DNA of 64,000 nucleotides from Phycisphaerales bacterium (lineage in GTDB: Bacteria; Planctomycetota; Phycisphaerae; Phycisphaerales; UBA1924), in the NCBI GenBank assembly GCA_050486265.1, contig JBJHCY010000005.1, positions 3,375 to 67,374 of the forward strand. The letters are read 5' to 3'. The position numbers were made by a program, and so were the translations under genes. Below, piece after piece: positions 60,683 to 64,000 of the stretch; within the stretch, counting starts at the first letter, position 1; each line of letters starts with the position of its first letter. The notes under the pieces were generated by a model that had not been told where the DNA came from, searched no databases, and saw only the letters and a list, made by a program, of their open reading frames with translations.

Positions 60683-63040
60683 TTACTCCCGACGGGCGGC
60701 CCCGGCGCCAGCGCTTTCGGGCGTCGCCTGCGGATAGATGATGAGCCTGTCGTGGGCGATGAGCAGGACATCGTCGCGCCGGTCGCCGGTCAGGTCGGTG
60801 ACGAACACCCTCGACGGCTGGAACTCGCGCGAGCGGCCACGGGAAAACAGGCGAGACTCGAAGACCTTGAACTCTGTCGCGTGGATGAGCCGCCCGGCTT
60901 CAGAGAGCGTGATGATCGAGCACATCTGCTCGGCCGCGTCGATGACGACGAGGTCTGCAAAGCCGTCGCTGTTGACATCGCCGACGGCCATCTGGTGCTC
61001 GCGCCGGTCGTCGGCGTCGGGCCGGTGCGCCGCGAACTCCTCAAGGGCGGGCCAAGGCCCGTCGAGGCTGATTTCCGCAAACCCGTCGTCGCCGGTGCAG
61101 AGGATCGAACGCCCGCGGTCGGCGCCGAGCCCGCGGATCGGACCGATCGGGAAACCGACGAGGCGTGAGCGTTCGCCGAAGCGCCAGGAAGCCTCGTCTT
61201 TGACCATCGAGATGATCGCGCCGGTGCGTCTGTCGGCGGCGACGATCCCCCCGTCGACCGCCGCGAGGCCCACGAACTGTGTGTCGGGGGTCTGCGTGTT
61301 GACCTGCGCGACGACGCGCCAGCCGTTCTCGGAGTCGTAGACACAGGCGCGGACGAAGTTTTCGTCCGCGATGACCAGTTCGGTTCGGCCGTCGCCGGTG
61401 AAGTCCATGGTGAGCGAGTTGCCCGGCCCGGCGGCCTGGACAAGGCCGAACTGGCCCATGCGCTCGCGGGTGAGGACTTCGGCGGGGCGCTTGCGGCCGT
61501 CGGTCTCCTTGCCCCGGATCATGACCATCGGCTGGCCGGGGGTGAGCAGGAGGAGGTCTTCGATGCCGTCGCGGTCGGCGTCCGTGACGAGGATGCTCGC
61601 GGGCGGTCGCGTGATGGTCGCCAGCGGGATGGTGACGGGCTCGTACCCCGCCGCGGGCGCCGAGTGCAGTTCGAGCACGAGGTCGCGGCGCTGGCGAACC
61701 ACGACGGCGAGCGTCGGCGTGCCTTCCAGTTCCAGGTAGCCCATCGCGACGGGCTGAGCGCCTCCGGTTGCGATCTGGATCGGCACGGGGAAGCCCAGAC
61801 TGCCGGTCTCGCGGTCGAAGGCGCTGACGCCGACCGACGACTCGTCCTCTGAGAGGACGAAGACCTGGTTTTCGGCCTCGCCGGTCCAGCGCCCCAGGGC
61901 GATGGCCGAGGGGTTTTTGAAGGTGGGAAAGCTCACAGGGTCGGCGTAGCCCGAGCCGGGGAGGGCGAAGAAGACATCGATGGTGTTGTCGCGCGTGTTG
62001 GTGGCGATCAGGTCGGGCCTGCCTCGCCCGGCCAGGTCGGCGACGACGGTCGAGCGCGACGAGGCAGCGCCGTCTCGGAAGCGGGTCACGCGGGCGCTGA
62101 GCTCGTCGGCCGCGTCGGTCTCCTCGACGGCGTCGCGGAACCGGTGCAGCACGATGCGACGGCTGGAGGTCTCGATCGTGCCGACGAAGGCGCCGTCACG
62201 CCCCACGGCCCTGACCGGGCGGAGGTCGCTCACCGGCGGGCTCTCGAAGCGGAACTCGGTGTTGAGCATGCCGCCCTCGCCGGGGACGGCGCCCGGGCGG
62301 TCGGTCTGGATCCAGAGGCGGATCGGCGCGAGCTCGCTTGAAGCCTGGGCGAGCAGGTCGTCCAGACCGTCGGCGTTGAAATCCTCGACAAAGACGCTGC
62401 GGAACTCGCCCTCGGCGCCGAAGAACGCGGGCTCGCCGATCGCGCCGGAGCTGTGGACCGGGAGCGTCGCGATGCGGCCGCCGGCGATCGTGACCAGGCG
62501 CCGCTCGCCGGGGCCGTAGATCTCGCCGATCGCGAAGGCGTCGGGGCCGGCCTCGAGCTTGTCCACGCGTCTGCGTGCGGCGGTCTCGAACTCGCCGGGT
62601 GCGACCTGCCTGAGGACGACGATCTCGCGGGGATCGGCGCCGGCGTAGACGATGTCGGTCAGCCCGTCGGCGTCGACATCGACGGCCAGGATCGCGGCGA
62701 TCCGGTGGCGGACGCTGATGGTCGTGCGGTCGTACCAGGGGCTCGGCGGCAGTTCGTTCTGCTGCAGGGCGACGCGGAGCTCGGTCTCCGGCCTTCGCTC
62801 GGCGCGGAGGGTGTGCAGCTCGATGCGGCTCTTGCGGTTGTTGACGACCGCGATGTCCGGCCTGCCGCTGGCGTTGAAGTCCGCGACGGCCAGCGGCCCG
62901 CAGCCGGTATCGACGACGATCATGCGCTGGCCGTCGAAGCCGAAGTAGTCGGCGAGCGACGGCTGCTCTTCGCCGGCGCTCGGGCTCGTTGCGGCGGCGA
63001 TCGCGAGGGCCGCGACAAGTCCGTTTCTGCACAAAGACAT
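60683..63040 (-). CDS. Secreted FG-GAP/VCBS (integrin-alpha-like) repeat protein
   Basis: Signal peptide MSLCRNGLVAALAIAAATSPSAG. Repeated calcium-loop-like motifs (DFNASGRPDIAVVN, DVDADGLTDIVY, DFNADGLDDLL, DADRDGIEDLLL, DFTGDGRTELVI, DVNSDGFADLVV, DLTGDRRDDVLL). Confidence 0.8.
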   Translation of the reverse strand: MSLCRNGLVAALAIAAATSPSAGEEQPSLADYFGFDGQRMIVVDTGCGPLAVADFNASGRPDIAVVNNRKSRIELHTLRAERRPETELRVALQQNELPPSPWYDRTTISVRHRIAAILAVDVDADGLTDIVYAGADPREIVVLRQVAPGEFETAARRRVDKLEAGPDAFAIGEIYGPGERRLVTIAGGRIATLPVHSSGAIGEPAFFGAEGEFRSVFVEDFNADGLDDLLAQASSELAPIRLWIQTDRPGAVPGEGGMLNTEFRFESPPVSDLRPVRAVGRDGAFVGTIETSSRRIVLHRFRDAVEETDAADELSARVTRFRDGAASSRSTVVADLAGRGRPDLIATNTRDNTIDVFFALPGSGYADPVSFPTFKNPSAIALGRWTGEAENQVFVLSEDESSVGVSAFDRETGSLGFPVPIQIATGGAQPVAMGYLELEGTPTLAVVVRQRRDLVLELHSAPAAGYEPVTIPLATITRPPASILVTDADRDGIEDLLLLTPGQPMVMIRGKETDGRKRPAEVLTRERMGQFGLVQAAGPGNSLTMDFTGDGRTELVIADENFVRACVYDSENGWRVVAQVNTQTPDTQFVGLAAVDGGIVAADRRTGAIISMVKDEASWRFGERSRLVGFPIGPIRGLGADRGRSILCTGDDGFAEISLDGPWPALEEFAAHRPDADDRREHQMAVGDVNSDGFADLVVIDAAEQMCSIITLSEAGRLIHATEFKVFESRLFSRGRSREFQPSRVFVTDLTGDRRDDVLLIAHDRLIIYPQATPESAGAGAARRE

Positions 63041-63258
63041 AGGTCCCGCTCCGGGCCGGGGTGTGGAATCGGCAGGATCGTCCCGGCCATCGTTTCCGGA
63101 TCCCGCGATCGGAGCATACCGGATTCGGTTACACTCCGTGCTCGGGTCAGGTCCAAAGCCGCTCTGCCGCGACAGACCGGGGCGAGAGCGGCGGGCCGAG
63201 GTTTTTCGGTATCGGGCGTTGGGCCGACGAGGCCGAGTTGAGAGTGGAGGTTCAGGGG

Positions 63259-64000
63259 ATGTTTCGATCGAGATTGAACCGGGGCGTCATCGCGGTGCTG
63301 GCGGCGACCGCCTTCGCCTCAGGCGCAGACGAGCGGGACGGCGCGGACACGATCGTGCTCCGCGACGGGCAGCGGATCGTGGCGCCGGTGCTGAAAGAGT
63401 CGCGCGACCGGCTGTGGCTCGACCTCGGGCCGACGGTGGTCGAGGTGCCGCTGGCGGACATCGCCGAACGCATCAGGGCGGTCGGCGGCGGAGGGGCCCG
63501 GGAAACGATCGAGAACGGTCGCCTCTACTTCACCTCAACCTCGCTGCCCGAGCGGACGGCCGAGGAGCAGGCGAGGCGTTTCGGCGACGCGGTCATCAAG
63601 GTCTCGACGCCCAGCGGGCTCGGCTCGGGGTTCATCATCCACCCCGACGGCTACGCGATCACCAACGCGCATGTGATCCAGAACGAACGCCGCATCCGCT
63701 GCACCGTGTGGGAGCGGTCGGAGCTGGAGTTCCGCCGGTTCATGGTCGAGGATGTGCGGATCATCGCGGTCAACGACCACTTCGACCTGGCGCTGATCAA
63801 GCTCGACCATCCCGACGGGAAGCGGTTCACGCGGGTGTACATCCAGCAGGACGACACGGTCGCGCCCGGACAGCCGGTCTTTGCGATCGGCAACCCGCTG
63901 GGGCTGGAGCGGACGCTCAGCCGCGGCGTGGTCTCGGTGACTAACCGCAGCTTCGAGGGCCTGGCGTTCATCCAGACCGACACGCAGATCAACCCGGGCA
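63259..64000 (+). CDS. Trypsin-like serine protease (S1C, HtrA/DegP-like), 3' end beyond the window
   Basis: Hand translation from ATG 63259: MFRSRLNRGVIAVLAATAFASGA...GSGFIIHPDGYAITNAHVI...DLALIKL...IQTDTQINPG. Absent from the ORF track because it has no in-window stop. Confidence 0.85.
   Translation, partial: MFRSRLNRGVIAVLAATAFASGADERDGADTIVLRDGQRIVAPVLKESRDRLWLDLGPTVVEVPLADIAERIRAVGGGGARETIENGRLYFTSTSLPERTAEEQARRFGDAVIKVSTPSGLGSGFIIHPDGYAITNAHVIQNERRIRCTVWERSELEFRRFMVEDVRIIAVNDHFDLALIKLDHPDGKRFTRVYIQQDDTVAPGQPVFAIGNPLGLERTLSRGVVSVTNRSFEGLAFIQTDTQINPG

Overview
Very GC-rich bacterial chromosomal window (G+C not computed, by eye about two-thirds or more). It most resembles a Planctomycetota-type genome, because it carries a DUF1559/H-X9-DG pseudopilin-like module and many ribosomal proteins with terminal extensions. 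The ORF track is full of long antisense or out-of-frame ORFs typical of high-GC DNA, so gene calls rest on recognisable protein motifs, synteny and start/stop coupling, and several starts were re-set by hand. Contents: (1) 1-3.3 kb, three minus-strand hypothetical envelope proteins, two of them tandem paralogs (the first runs off the window edge and is missing from the ORF track). (2) 3.5-19.8 kb, a complete S10-spc-alpha ribosomal supercluster on the minus strand, rpsJ to rplQ, including secY, map and rpoA. rpmJ was found by hand at 6331-6447. rpmD, adk, infA and rpsD are absent, and there is an unusual 365-nt structured spacer between rplC and rplD. (3) 20-39 kb, housekeeping genes: cdsA, uppS, purA, ruvB, an M16 peptidase, smpB, an orphan sensor kinase, miaB, an S10 peptidase, a sirtuin plus two photolyases, and rplT-rpmI. 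These are interspersed with two intergenic repeat families: a three-hairpin REP-like array, and a 95-165 bp composite palindromic element with five copies. (4) 39.3-43.4 kb, two divergent ECF sigma/anti-sigma operons, one with an anti-sigma candidate whose periplasmic half is a pseudopilin-like DUF1559 module. (5) 43.9-54.2 kb, the best candidate for an undescribed system: an eight-gene, overlap-coupled minus-strand operon built around ExbB-ExbD-ExbD, with no recognisable TonB/TolA but with a TM-anchored vWA protein, a 953-aa J-like/TM/Pro-rich/helical protein, a 904-aa TPR-like protein and two secreted unknowns. (6) 54.3-64 kb: pyrH, frr, a 455-bp unassigned hairpin-rich region, sppA, a zinc-ribbon membrane protein coupled to a minimal HEXXH protein, an orphan MoxR ATPase, an FG-GAP repeat protein and a truncated HtrA-like protease. 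No rRNA, tRNA, CRISPR array, transposase or integrase was recognised.
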